Of a stretch of 64,000 nt of DNA, positions 10,745 through 23,053 are shown piece by piece (position 1 is the first letter of the stretch; each line of letters opens with the position of its first letter). Under the pieces are notes generated by a model. The model saw nothing but the letters and a program-made list of their open reading frames with translations. It did not search any database and was not told the DNA's origin. The translations under genes were made by a program, and so were the position numbers. The DNA is from Nitrospinales bacterium. Its GTDB lineage: Bacteria; Nitrospinota; Nitrospinia; Nitrospinales; VA-1. Location: the NCBI GenBank assembly GCA_965223795.1, contig CBDCXL010000001.1, positions 512,001 to 576,000 on the forward strand, written 5' to 3'.

Positions 10745-10884
10745 AATAAAAATACCTCATCCTTATTTGTCGCGTTGAGTCAGTCGATGCAAGACAAACA
10801 AAGTATTTATGAGAGGAATCTGCCCGGATAATGTGGATGGCGGTAGCCGAAAACCGCCTTTGCAAGAACGCCTGCCTTCCCGTT

Positions 10885-11229
10885 TTAAACTTCGAACGCG
10901 GGCAGAGGCGGGTCCTGCCAGATGTTGACCTGGTTGGTGTCGTCGAGCGTCACGGCGCCGAAGTTCACAGTGTAGGGTTCGGTGTGATCGCAGTCGTAAT
11001 CGACGGTGATCCTGCGGATGTCCCACCGGCCCTCTTCCGGTCCGACCAGGGTCAGGCTGTGGGCGTAGCTGTTGACCTCGAACCGGCCTTCGAAGGTTTC
11101 ACCGGGCGCGGTGCCGCCCTGGGTGTCCTCGAACGGCAGGGTGTGGTTGTTGATGCTGAATTTCACCGGACCGGGCGTGCCGGTGTCTCCGGTTTCCACG
11201 GTGACTTTGAATGTGTTCAATCGGGGCAT
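10885..11229 (-). CDS. Hypothetical beta-rich protein (PLAT-like pattern)
   Basis: ATG 11229 (MPRLNTFKVTVETGD...), host-like codon use, directly downstream of the NifU-family gene. Confidence 0.7.
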   Translation of the reverse strand: MPRLNTFKVTVETGDTGTPGPVKFSINNHTLPFEDTQGGTAPGETFEGRFEVNSYAHSLTLVGPEEGRWDIRRITVDYDCDHTEPYTVNFGAVTLDDTNQVNIWQDPPLPAFEV

Positions 11230-11254
11230 GAACTCGTATCGTCCTTTTAGGTTG

Positions 11255-12091
11255 TCATGAAAAATACGGGTTGAGCCCGGCCGAGTGATCGGTCTCATCC
11301 AGGATCGCGCCGACTTTGGGCACCGCCGTTCTGAAGGCGTTGTGAATGCCCTGCTTGAGGGTCAGGTCCGCGGCGCTGCATCCCTGGCACCCGCCGCCCA
11401 TCTGGATGGTGATGGTGTTGCCCTTCACGTCCATGAGGGTGATGCGGCCGCCGTGCGCGGCGACGCCGGGGTTGACCTCGGTGTCGATCACCTTCTGGAT
11501 GTCGTTGCGCAGCATTTCCTCGGTCGGCAGCTCGGCCGGAATCTTGGGATCGATCAACGTGCCGCCTTCCTCAAGCACCCGGCGGATTTCCTTCCCCGCT
11601 TCCTGGGCCAGCGTCTTCCAGTCCACAAGCGTCTTATCCTTGCGCGTCAGCGTCAGGGTGGATTCCAGCACCAGCACGGTTTCCACATCGTCGAGGCTGA
11701 ACAGGGCTTCGGCCAGCGGCGACCCGGCGGCGCTTTCGAAACTGGCGAAGTGCCAGGAATAGCCTTTTGTCAGCGGCCGGTTGACCTTGAACACGCACTG
11801 ATCGTTGCCCGGCGAAGGCTGGGCGAGGATCTTGATTTCATCCGAATCTTCGGGAAACACCGCGTCGGCGAGCACCGGCGCCTGGATCGTCAGCCGCTCT
11901 TTGGGCGGCTCATCCCAGTTGTCCGCCTGCGCCTCGCGTGGAGACGGCGGTGCGATCGCGGCGGGTGCTTCCTGGGCCGCGCTTTCCGCCGGAGCTTCCG
12001 GCTCCGCCTTGCCGTTGCCGCCGTTGCTGTCCTTCTCCGGCTGCGGCGATGAAAACAGATTCTTTAGCTTTATCTTTTCAAACAGAGACAC
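11255..12091 (-). CDS. NifU/NfuA-family Fe-S carrier with NFU1 N-terminal scaffold domain
   Basis: SPLAEALF N-domain; VNPGVAAHGG and MGGGCQGC (CxxC); DETDH..GLNPYF terminus. Confidence 0.9.
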   Translation of the reverse strand: MSLFEKIKLKNLFSSPQPEKDSNGGNGKAEPEAPAESAAQEAPAAIAPPSPREAQADNWDEPPKERLTIQAPVLADAVFPEDSDEIKILAQPSPGNDQCVFKVNRPLTKGYSWHFASFESAAGSPLAEALFSLDDVETVLVLESTLTLTRKDKTLVDWKTLAQEAGKEIRRVLEEGGTLIDPKIPAELPTEEMLRNDIQKVIDTEVNPGVAAHGGRITLMDVKGNTITIQMGGGCQGCSAADLTLKQGIHNAFRTAVPKVGAILDETDHSAGLNPYFS

Positions 12092-12310
12092 GGAACACTC
12101 TCCTGTTGGTGGACGTACGCGCTTCCAATGTTAGATTCCGATTTTATCCCAGAGATTCAAACCGGTGGGATTTAAAACCCCTGAGCGCCGGAGAATCGGG
12201 AGGCCCGATACGGGGAACCGGCTGTCGGCCGCGGACCGTCCCGCCGCGGGGCCTGCGCCGCCCGGGGCCCTGTAAGAACGGCCCACTGGCTGCATTTTCA
12301 GGAACATCGG

Positions 12311-12384
12311 GCGGTCACACCCGGAACGCGTCCTGCAGCACTTCCACCGCATACGAATCGGGATTTTCGGGAGAGCCGGTGACG
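12311..12384. repeat. 74-bp direct repeat (copy of yraN 3' end)
   Basis: 72/74 identical to 13241-13314. Confidence 0.95.
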
Positions 12385-12402
12385 CAAAATCCGTCTCTTC
12401 GC

Positions 12403-13086
12403 TCAACCTTTCAACCGCGCGATCACCAAATCGGCAACCGCACCCCCCGAAGCGGGGTTTTGCCCTGTGATCAGCCGCACATCTTCTATGGCAAAGGCTT
12501 GCCAAGGCTCATTTGCCTTCTCGTACTTGGCCCCTCGTTTTTTTAACTCGTCTTCAGTGAGGTAGGGAACATGCTTGTCCAATTCGGCCAAACGCTCTTC
12601 CGTATTGGAAAACCCTGTTACCTTTTTGTTCTTGATGAGATACGAACCGTCTGAGAGCTTTATGTTCAACAGACCGACCGCGCCATGACAAACGGATGAA
12701 ACGATCCCTCCGTTTTCATAAATGTCACGACTGAGCGATTGCAGATTTTCATTATCCGGGAAATCCCATATAACGCCATGCCCACCCACGAAGTAGATCG
12801 CGGCATAATCGTGGGCATTGACCTCGCTCAGTTTTAACGTGGCACCAAGGCGGTTCATGAACGCCTTATTTTGATACCACTCCCAGTCGATGGGTTCGGC
12901 CATTGCGAGGCTATGAGGATCGATTGGAGTGTAACCTCCTTTGGGGCTTGCGTAATCCACCTCAAATCCCGCGGCTTCAATTTTCTGGACGAAGTGAACT
13001 GCTTCACCAAGCCAAACGCCGGTCGCTCGATCCAGATTGGGATATTTCTCAGTTCCTGTCAGCACCACAAGTATTTTCTTGCTCAT
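12403..13086 (-). CDS. DJ-1/PfpI (type 1 glutamine amidotransferase-like, Hsp31/glyoxalase III-like) protein
   Basis: TGVWLGE, GGHG, SSVCHG nucleophile elbow, LITGQNPAS; AT-richer than its neighbours. Confidence 0.9.
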   Translation of the reverse strand: MSKKILVVLTGTEKYPNLDRATGVWLGEAVHFVQKIEAAGFEVDYASPKGGYTPIDPHSLAMAEPIDWEWYQNKAFMNRLGATLKLSEVNAHDYAAIYFVGGHGVIWDFPDNENLQSLSRDIYENGGIVSSVCHGAVGLLNIKLSDGSYLIKNKKVTGFSNTEERLAELDKHVPYLTEDELKKRGAKYEKANEPWQAFAIEDVRLITGQNPASGGAVADLVIARLKG

Positions 13087-13240
13087 GGTTCACTCCTGAA
13101 TCATATAGGGTTGGGCGGCAAACCCCTGTGATGAAATCACGTGTTTGCGCCATCTCATCTATTTTTGTAAATCTCAGTCTGTGAGCAGTTGAAATTCCTG
13201 TTTTTTATCCAACTGCTAATTGAGAGCAGTTTATCATTGA

Positions 13241-13314
13241 GCGGTCACACCCGGAACGCGTCCTGCAGCACTTCCACCGCATACGCATCGGGGTTTTCGG
13301 GAGAGCCGGTGACG
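13241..13314. repeat. 74-bp direct repeat (includes yraN 3' end and stop)
   Basis: 72/74 identical to 12311-12384. Confidence 0.95.
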
Positions 13315-13616
13315 GTCACCACATCGAACCGGAGGTCGCGGTTCTGAATCGCGTGCCGGGCGAGAAAGCCGCGGGCGGCGCGGGCGATGCGCGCCTGCTT
13401 CCTCTGGGTGAGCGCCGTGAGGGGATGGCCGAACTGCGCGTCGGCGCGCGATTTCACTTCGATGAACACGATGACGTTTTTGTGCTCGGCGATGAGGTCG
13501 ATTTCCGCTCCGGCGTATTTGAAGTTTTCCTCAAGGATGCGGTAGCCCTGCTTCCTGAGATGCGCGCGCGCCGCCTTCTCCCCCGCCCTGCCGAAATCCT
13601 GCCGCGCTTTCGTCAT
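13245..13616 (-). CDS. yraN: YraN (UPF0102) family protein
   Basis: GRAGEKAA, EIDLIA, IVFIEVKSR, RFDVV, QDAF terminus. Confidence 0.92.
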   Translation of the reverse strand: MTKARQDFGRAGEKAARAHLRKQGYRILEENFKYAGAEIDLIAEHKNVIVFIEVKSRADAQFGHPLTALTQRKQARIARAARGFLARHAIQNRDLRFDVVTVTGSPENPDAYAVEVLQDAFRV

Positions 13617-13675
13617 GGGTCACCTCGAACAAGAAGAAACAGGATAACCGGTTAATACCGGAATAAAAAACTGTC

Positions 13676-13964
13676 TCGCGCAAAGCCGCGAAGACGCAAA
13701 GAAAGGCTTAAGACAGAAAAGCTTTTGACAGGATGAACAGGATAAAAGCAAAGATAAAATGATAAAACTTTTGTCTTCGCAACACCCACAGAGTGACTCC
13801 GCCAAGCCAGTATTTAAAGAAAAAAATAAGAAAATACTCCTCTCCCCACTTCGGGGGGGGAGAGAATTATGGTGAGGGGGGGCTTTATGTACGTTGCGCC
13901 TCTGCGGCTTTGCGCGAGGTTTTTTTCCTGTCTCTTTATCGGTTTTTCATCCTGTCATCCTGTC
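13676..13964. repeat. Inverted-repeat region containing composite repeat copy B (13862-13964)
   Basis: CTCGCGCAAAGCCGCgaAGaCGCAA (13676) pairs with TTGCGcCTctGCGGCTTTGCGCGAG (13894-13918); GACAGGATGaACAGGAT pairs with ATCCTGTCATCCTGTC; CTCCCC-acttcg-GGGGGGAG hairpin. Confidence 0.7.
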
Positions 13965-14016
13965 CAAATTTTTACGGTCGATTGAATTCGCCCGTTTTGC
14001 CTGCTAGAATTTTTGC

Positions 14017-14424
14017 ATGATTCTGAGCTGGGAAGACATTGCGGGCGGCGAGACGATCGCGGCGTTTCTCGTCTGGCTGGTGCTGACGGCGCTGTTCTAT
14101 CTGGTGTGCTACATCGCCGTGCTCAACGTCATCGACGACCTGTCGAGAAACAACCCGATGAAAGTGCCGATGATGTTCGGCGCTTCCGTCCCCACCGCCG
14201 GGCTCATGGCGATCTTCGGCTACAAGCCGCTGGTGTGGGTGATCCTGGTCGCGGCCGCCAATTTCTTCCGCGTCCGGGAACTCGGTCAGCCGGGCAAAAA
14301 ACTGGAAGGGCTCGCCGTCAACCGGCCGCTGTTCTACCTGGGCAGCTACCTGTACATCGCCGCGGCGGGCATCCTGGCGTTTTATTTCCAGTCCGCCAGC
14401 TTCCGCGCCATCCTGGAAAACTGA
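14017..14424 (+). CDS. Hypothetical membrane protein
   Basis: About four hydrophobic segments; host-like codon use. Confidence 0.75.
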   Translation: MILSWEDIAGGETIAAFLVWLVLTALFYLVCYIAVLNVIDDLSRNNPMKVPMMFGASVPTAGLMAIFGYKPLVWVILVAAANFFRVRELGQPGKKLEGLAVNRPLFYLGSYLYIAAAGILAFYFQSASFRAILEN

Positions 14425-14505
14425 CTGCAATCGAAAACTAAAGTGCCGGGCATCGGCATTGTATTTCCAGCCATAACCTCTTCGCGCCACCTTGTAACAC
14501 TGAAA

Positions 14506-15231
14506 TCATTCGGACGACAGACGCGGCAGCCACATGCCGGTGCGCTCGCGGAATTTCCGGTAGGGTTCGCCGAATTGTTCCGCCAGCGCCTTCTCTTCAT
14601 GGTGGATGCGGTACTGAAAGCCGAACCAGGCGGACAGCATCCCAAGCGCGCCCCACAGCCAGGAATGGGTGGTGACGGCGTAGGCTGCGATGACGATCAT
14701 CATGGCGGTGTAGGAAGGATGCCGCATGATGCCGTACAACTGATCGGTCTTGAGCGTCTGCTTGTCACGGAAGGCGATGTCGAACTTGAAGGCCACCGAA
14801 CCGATCTGGTAGACGGCGACGATGCGCATCACCGAACCGAATCCGAACAGCCCGGCGATGACGGCGGCTTCGAGCCCGGAGACCGGCAGCGCCGTGGCGC
14901 GCGCGATGAAAGAAAGCCCGACCAGCGCCAGCGCGATCGGAAACGTGTGGCCGATGAGCTGCATCCAGAAGTCTTTGTCGAAGGTGATGTCCTCGGGCTT
15001 GACGGTGATCATGAAGATCACCAGCTCGATGATGCCGAAGATCGTGTTGAGCAGCGAAACGATCAAAAACCGTTCGGCGTTGGTTTCGGTGAGCCCGAAC
15101 GGCACGAGCGGCGCGAAGTAGATCAATCCCACCATCAGGATGTTGAAGTTTAAGTTGCGGATGAGGGCCACCGCCCACACGGCGGCGTAAATCGCGAGGT
15201 TCAGGTGGATGATGAATCGGATCGTTTCCAA
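14506..15231 (-). CDS. Isoprenylcysteine carboxyl methyltransferase (ICMT/PEMT) family membrane protein
   Basis: LYGIMRHPSY, RIHHEEKALAEQFGEPYRKF motifs. Confidence 0.88.
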   Translation of the reverse strand: METIRFIIHLNLAIYAAVWAVALIRNLNFNILMVGLIYFAPLVPFGLTETNAERFLIVSLLNTIFGIIELVIFMITVKPEDITFDKDFWMQLIGHTFPIALALVGLSFIARATALPVSGLEAAVIAGLFGFGSVMRIVAVYQIGSVAFKFDIAFRDKQTLKTDQLYGIMRHPSYTAMMIVIAAYAVTTHSWLWGALGMLSAWFGFQYRIHHEEKALAEQFGEPYRKFRERTGMWLPRLSSE

Positions 15232-15597
15232 TGGTTTGAATCTCCCGGCGCTGAAAAAAGCGCCGCGTTTACCCTAACTTTTTGAAATCGCGCTGGTTTC
15301 AGAGCCGATGCGCGGGTGTGGAAAACGGGCCGCGCGGCGTCGGGGACGGCGGGTTTTCCACAGCCGCGATTTATCCGCAAACCCTTGGAAAACCTGGAAA
15401 TTAATTAAATCCGGGCCGGTCATTCCCCTGTTCTTTACCGCGGTTTTATTATAATATAGATCAGCCTTCAACCGGATCGTGTTCAATGGGACGGCCTTTC
15501 GAGCGGACCGGTGTCGGCGCTTTCGATCCCGACCGGGGATCCTGCCTTTAAAACCCGGATTGAGGCACTCAATCATTTCAATAATAAGGGGTTCGTG

Positions 15598-17988
<2,391 letters not shown>

Positions 17989-18097
17989 CGCGCGTCCGTC
18001 GTTTCGACACTCAGGATTCGAATGGAAGGGAGCGGATGCAAGCGGGTTTTCCAAGGGCAGAACCGACGATGAAACGACCGGCAAGGTTCGACACCGC

Positions 18098-18979
18098 ATG
18101 CTGACCAGCATGACCGGGTTCGGCCGGAGTGAACGCACGAGCGGTGAGACCCTCTGCAAAGTGGAAATCCGTTCGGTCAACAACCGATACCTCGAAGTCA
18201 ACACACGCATTCCCAAAAATCTGTTCGGCCTGGAGGCCGCCCTCAAAAAACGGGTGAAGGACCGGTGCGCCCGGGGTTCGTTCGATCTCAGCATCACGCT
18301 TGAAAATAACAACAGCAACGGCGGCGACCTGACGATTCAGCCCAATCTGGAACTGGCGGCGCAGTACCTTGAGGCGTACCGCAAACTCCAGCAGCACCTG
18401 AACCTGGACGGCGAGATCGACATTCAGTCCATGCTGGGGCTGAAGGACGTGCTCAAGGCGGAAGCGGCGGAGATCGACCCATCCTGCGAGGAGCTGATTC
18501 TCGACACGGTGGACGCCTCGCTCACCGTGCTGATCGAAATGCGCCGGGAAGAAGGCAAACACCTTGAGGCCGACATTCTGAGCCGGATCGACGCCATCGA
18601 GCAGCAGGCTGAAGCCGTGCGTTTGCTGCAGCCGGAAGTGATTCAGGGATACAAGGAGCGGCTGAAGGAACGCATCCAGATGCTGAACGAAAGCGCCGAG
18701 GTCGACGCCGTGCGCCTGGCACAGGAAACGGCGATCATGGCGGACCGCTGCGACGTGACCGAAGAAGTCATCCGGCTGGAAAGCCACCTCAACCAGTTCC
18801 GCGGACTCACAAAGAAAGAAGAGCCCACGGGCCGGAAGCTGGAGTTCATCACCCAGGAGATCAACCGGGAGACCAACACCATCGGCTCCAAGTCGATCGA
18901 CAACCGGGTTTCCCAGGCGGTGATCGAAATCAAGGGCGAGCTGGAAAAGATCCGCGAGCAGCTGCAGAACATCGAATGA
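18098..18979 (+). CDS. yicC: YicC/YloC family endoribonuclease
   Basis: SMTGFGR, EIRSVNNRYLE, GRKLEFITQEINRETNTIGSK, EKIREQLQNIE. Confidence 0.95.
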   Translation: MLTSMTGFGRSERTSGETLCKVEIRSVNNRYLEVNTRIPKNLFGLEAALKKRVKDRCARGSFDLSITLENNNSNGGDLTIQPNLELAAQYLEAYRKLQQHLNLDGEIDIQSMLGLKDVLKAEAAEIDPSCEELILDTVDASLTVLIEMRREEGKHLEADILSRIDAIEQQAEAVRLLQPEVIQGYKERLKERIQMLNESAEVDAVRLAQETAIMADRCDVTEEVIRLESHLNQFRGLTKKEEPTGRKLEFITQEINRETNTIGSKSIDNRVSQAVIEIKGELEKIREQLQNIE

Positions 18980-19064
18980 CCGTCAACGAGGCCGCCGGCC
19001 TCTAAACGCACGCCGGAGAACACAGCAGCGCATTTGTATCGAGCCCTTTGCACAAGTCTCGTTT

Positions 19065-19126
19065 ATTGTCATGCTGAGCCTGTCGAAGCATGATTGAGCA
19101 CCCTTCGACAAGCTCAGGGTGACAAT
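19065..19126. repeat. REP-like palindrome (GTCATGCTGAGCCTGTCGAAG family)
   Basis: ATTGTCAtgCTGAGCcTGTCGAAG ... CTTCGACAaGCTCAGggTGACAAT long imperfect hairpin; related copies at 32040-32120 and 2928-2943. Confidence 0.8.
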
Positions 19127-19190
19127 GCATTAAATTTTAATTTTCTAATCGGGCCGACTTGTGCAAAAGGTCTCTCTTGGACCGGAAGAC

Positions 19191-19820
19191 ATGAAACCAA
19201 ACGGCATCGCTTTCATCGTTTCCGCACCGTCGGGCACAGGCAAGACCACGATCCTGCAGCGCCTCAGGGAGCGTCTGCCGCGGCTCGAAATCTCGGTGTC
19301 GCACACGACGCGCGCACCGCGCGAAGGGGAAGAGAACGGCGCCGCGTATCATTTCGTCACGCAGGCGGAATTCAAAAAGATGATCGATGCGGGCGCATTT
19401 TTAGAGCACGCCGAAATCTGCGGCCATCATTACGGCACCGCGCACGATTCGGTGCGAGAACGGCTGGAAACGGGGGCGGACCTGATCCTGGAGCTCGACG
19501 TGCAGGGCGCCCGTTCGCTGCGCGCGTTGAAGTATCCCGGCGTGTACCTGTTCATCCTGCCGCCGTCGCTCAAGGAACTGGAAGCGCGGCTCAAGGGACG
19601 CGGCACCGAAACGGAAGATTCGATCCAGAGGCGGCTTGAGACGGGGAAAGAAGAGATCAAGCAATACGCCCTGTATGATTACGTGGTGGTCAACGGCGAG
19701 CTCGACGCAACGGTGGAAAACATCCTTTCGATCTTCAACGCGGAGCGTTTCCGCACCAGCCGCTTCGTGCCGCCGGCGGACGACATTCAAACCCTGCTGA
19801 AACCGAAAGTGAGCGCGTGA
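19191..19820 (+). CDS. gmk: Guanylate kinase
   Basis: SAPSGTGKTT, SHTTRAPREGE, YGT, LELDVQG; follows yicC. Confidence 0.96.
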   Translation: MKPNGIAFIVSAPSGTGKTTILQRLRERLPRLEISVSHTTRAPREGEENGAAYHFVTQAEFKKMIDAGAFLEHAEICGHHYGTAHDSVRERLETGADLILELDVQGARSLRALKYPGVYLFILPPSLKELEARLKGRGTETEDSIQRRLETGKEEIKQYALYDYVVVNGELDATVENILSIFNAERFRTSRFVPPADDIQTLLKPKVSA

Positions 19821-20887
19821 TGTCCCGGGTCGACCTGATGAATCTTGTGCGCGGCAAGGTGAAAACCTTAAACGCCTACCATGTGGAAAGCATCGACTGC
19901 GCGGTGAAGCTGCACGCCAATGAAAATCCGTTCGCGCCGCCGGAGGAGCTGATCCAGCGGTTCCGCGAAACGGATTTCAAGCTCAACCGTTATCCCGATC
20001 CGGACGGCCAGGTTCTCAAGCAGGCGATCTCAAAGCGCATCGACGTGGCGCCGGAAAGCCTGGTGATCGGAAACGGCTCGGACGAGCTGATCCAGCTCAT
20101 CCTGCAGGTGTTCTGCGACGCGGGAGACGCGTTCGCGTTTTCCGATCCCACGTTCGCCATGTATTCCATCATCGGCCGTGGCATGGGCCTCAATCCGTTC
20201 GCGGTCGACCTCGATGAAAACTGGGACCTGAACGCGGCGGAGTTTCTCAACACGATGGAGTCGCACCACCCGCGCGTGATCTTCGTCAGCTACCCCAACA
20301 ACCCGACGGGAAACTGCTACGCCGAGAACGAAATCCGCATTCTCATCGAATCGTTTCCGGGCATCGTGGTGCTGGACGAGGCGTATTACGATTTTTCCCG
20401 CAAGAGTTTTCTCAGCGACATCAAGGAGCACAACAACCTGATCATTCTGCGCAGTTTGTCGAAGATCGGCCTGGCCGGGCTGCGCGTGGGGTACGGCGTC
20501 GCCGACCCGGTGATCATCGAGCAGATCAACAAGGTGCGGCTGCCCTACAACTCCAACATCATCTCGCAGACGCTGGCGGCCGGGGTGCTGGAAAAATTTT
20601 CTCTGGTGCAGCAGCAGATCGACGCCATCCTCGAAGAACGGGACCGCCTGGCCGAGGCGCTGGCGGCGATCCCCGGAATCCGGGCCTACCCCTCGGATTC
20701 GAATTTCATCCTGATGCGGGTCGAATCCGGATCGGGCGAGGCGGTGTTCCGCGATCTGATGGGCAAGGGCATTCTCATCCGCAACCTCAACGCGCACCCC
20801 CGGCTCAAGGACTGCCTGCGGGTCACGGTGGGAACGCGGGAAGAAAACGACCAGTTTCTCACACAGATGCAATCGCTCGCGCCCTAA
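19820..20887 (+). CDS. hisC: Histidinol-phosphate aminotransferase
   Basis: LHANENP, NRYPD, GNGSDE, PNNPTG, DEAYYDF, RSLSKIGLAGLRVGY. Confidence 0.93.
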   Translation: MSRVDLMNLVRGKVKTLNAYHVESIDCAVKLHANENPFAPPEELIQRFRETDFKLNRYPDPDGQVLKQAISKRIDVAPESLVIGNGSDELIQLILQVFCDAGDAFAFSDPTFAMYSIIGRGMGLNPFAVDLDENWDLNAAEFLNTMESHHPRVIFVSYPNNPTGNCYAENEIRILIESFPGIVVLDEAYYDFSRKSFLSDIKEHNNLIILRSLSKIGLAGLRVGYGVADPVIIEQINKVRLPYNSNIISQTLAAGVLEKFSLVQQQIDAILEERDRLAEALAAIPGIRAYPSDSNFILMRVESGSGEAVFRDLMGKGILIRNLNAHPRLKDCLRVTVGTREENDQFLTQMQSLAP

Positions 20888-20903
20888 GCGCGTTATTCAG
20901 TGC

Positions 20904-21923
20904 ATGAGTAAAAAAAGAAAAATAATACTGTCGCTGTTCACGTTCACGGTGGTTGCCAGCTGGGTGCTCGGCGGCTATTTTTTTTATCTGGCGACGCACC
21001 CGGTGAGCGAGGACGACCGCCTGCGGCATGTGGAAATCTCTCCGGGCATGACCCTAAAGCAGACGTCGGACATCCTTGCCGAGAAACACCTGATCCGCAG
21101 CGCGTCCACCTTCCGCATCCTGGCGCACCTGCGCGACAAGCACACGCAGATCCAGGCGGGGGAATACGAAATCTCGCCCGCGATGGTGCCCGGTGAGATC
21201 CTCACCAAGATCACGTCGGGGAAAACGGTGCTGCACCCGGTGACGATTCCCGAGGGCTTCCGCATCACCGAGATCGCCGCGCACCTGGCGGACCGGGGCC
21301 TTGTCGACAGCGACAAATTCATCGAGCAGACGCAAAACCCGCGCTGGCTGAAAGAAATGGACATTCCGGGCGATTCGCTGGAAGGCTACCTGTTTCCGGA
21401 AACGTACCATTTCAGCAAGTACACCACCGAGGAGCAGATCATCCAGAAAATGCTCGACACCTTCCGCTCCGAAGGCGCGCCCGAAGCATTCCGGCAGCGC
21501 GCCCGGGAACTCAAGCTCAGCTACCATGAGATCGTCACGCTGGCTTCCCTGATCGAAAAGGAAACCGGCGTGGACGAGGAACGCAAGATCATCTCCTCGG
21601 TGTTTCACAACCGGCTGAAGAAAAACATGAAACTGCAGACCGACCCGACGGTCATCTACGCCATCCGCAATTTCGACGGCAACATCCGCAAGAAGGACCT
21701 GAGCATCGATTCGCCCTACAACACCTACCGCTATTTCGGCCTGCCGCCCGGACCGATCGCCAGCCCCGGCAGGCAGTCGATCGAAGCCGCGCTGTATCCC
21801 AACGAAACGGAATTTCTCTACTTCGTTTCCAAAAAGGACGGCAGGCACAAGTTCTCCTCCAACCTGGCGGATCACAATGCGGCGGTGGCGAAATATCAGC
21901 TAGGGCGCATCAAGAAGCTGTAA
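20904..21923 (+). CDS. mltG: Endolytic transglycosylase MltG
   Basis: TIPEG, LEGYLFPETY, LASLIEKET, LQTDPTV, SPYNTY..GLPPGPI. Confidence 0.96.
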   Translation: MSKKRKIILSLFTFTVVASWVLGGYFFYLATHPVSEDDRLRHVEISPGMTLKQTSDILAEKHLIRSASTFRILAHLRDKHTQIQAGEYEISPAMVPGEILTKITSGKTVLHPVTIPEGFRITEIAAHLADRGLVDSDKFIEQTQNPRWLKEMDIPGDSLEGYLFPETYHFSKYTTEEQIIQKMLDTFRSEGAPEAFRQRARELKLSYHEIVTLASLIEKETGVDEERKIISSVFHNRLKKNMKLQTDPTVIYAIRNFDGNIRKKDLSIDSPYNTYRYFGLPPGPIASPGRQSIEAALYPNETEFLYFVSKKDGRHKFSSNLADHNAAVAKYQLGRIKKL

Positions 21924-21954
21924 AGGGGCCGGTCTCACTGGAAAGGAGCACGCC

Positions 21955-22083
21955 ATGATTCCCGATAAAAAAACGCAACCGCGACAAGAGCATCCCGGCT
22001 GGAACCTGTTTGTCCATACGGGCCTGATCCTCAAAGTCCTCACCGGGCTGGCGCTGATCGCGCTGCTCTGGTATCTCAAGTGA
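21955..22083 (+). CDS. Small membrane protein (42 aa)
   Basis: RBS GAAAGGAG; MIPDKKTQPRQEHPGWNLFVHTGLILKVLTGLALIALLWYLK; below the ORF-track cutoff. Confidence 0.6.
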   Translation: MIPDKKTQPRQEHPGWNLFVHTGLILKVLTGLALIALLWYLK

Positions 22084-22108
22084 CCGCTTCTTGTACCGGG
22101 TGCTGCAC

Positions 22109-23053
22109 TCAGCCTTCCAGGTACTTGACCATGCGGTACACCATCTCGTTGAACGGCACCTCGATGCCCAGCGCGCGCGCCTGACGCACGACGATGCCGT
22201 TGAGCGCGTCCACTTCCGTGCGCTTGCGCGCCCTGAGATCCTGCAGCATCGACGATTCGTGTTCGTAGGTCGCGGGCAGCAGGTTTTCGTAAAACGCCGC
22301 CAGATACTGCTCCGGCCGTTCCCAGTGGGTCTCGTAGCCGGAAGGTTTCATGACGCGGAACACCTCTTCGACGATGCCGTTCATGATCCTGCGGGTGTGT
22401 TCGGAATCGCCCAGCTTGCCGTAGGGCACGCCGAGGATCGCCCCCAGCCCGTTGAGGGCGCAGTTGTACAGCATCTTGGCCCACAGGTCCTTGCCGATGT
22501 GGCGGGTGATTTTACACGGCAGCCCGCCCTGTTCGATGGCCTGCGCCAGCGGTTCGAGGATTTTCGGGTCCAGGCCGTACAGACTGCCCAGGTGCATCGC
22601 ATCGGCGTGCACGGTGATGTCCACCTGGTTTTCCCGCGGCCGCCTGAAGCCCGTGATGACGCGGGCGCTCGCCACCTGCTCGCGCGGAAAGCGCTGCGCG
22701 AACGGTTCGGCGTTGCCCCAGCCGTTCTGGCACAGCACGATGTGGCCGTCGAACTTGCGGATCCAGGGCCAGGCGGCGATCTCTTCCGCGGCCTGCACCG
22801 TGTCCTGGGATTTGGTGCAGACCAGGATGTAACGGCAGTCGGAGCGGGGCAGATCGTTGAGCCGGGTGAGACAATAAAAATCCGCCGGCGCGGCGCGGAA
22901 CTCTCCAAAAATCCCGGTGCGGCGGAGACCTTCACTGCGCAGCAGGCGGACGGTGTCTTCGCGGGCGACCAGAGTCACTTCGGCTTTCGCCTGCAGCAGA
23001 AAACTGGCGAGCCCCAGTCCCACCGCACCCGCACCGTAGATCATGACGTGCAT
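22109..23053 (-). CDS. panE: 2-dehydropantoate 2-reductase
   Basis: GAGAVG, CTKS, CQNG, WAKMLYNC, SSMLQD, TEVDALNG. Confidence 0.9.
   Translation of the reverse strand: MHVMIYGAGAVGLGLASFLLQAKAEVTLVAREDTVRLLRSEGLRRTGIFGEFRAAPADFYCLTRLNDLPRSDCRYILVCTKSQDTVQAAEEIAAWPWIRKFDGHIVLCQNGWGNAEPFAQRFPREQVASARVITGFRRPRENQVDITVHADAMHLGSLYGLDPKILEPLAQAIEQGGLPCKITRHIGKDLWAKMLYNCALNGLGAILGVPYGKLGDSEHTRRIMNGIVEEVFRVMKPSGYETHWERPEQYLAAFYENLLPATYEHESSMLQDLRARKRTEVDALNGIVVRQARALGIEVPFNEMVYRMVKYLEG

Noticed and set aside
12131..12505. 124-aa ORF spanning the duplicated yraN end
   Set aside because: It overlaps the DJ-1 gene out of frame and has no protein-like motifs; the real signal is the nucleotide duplication.
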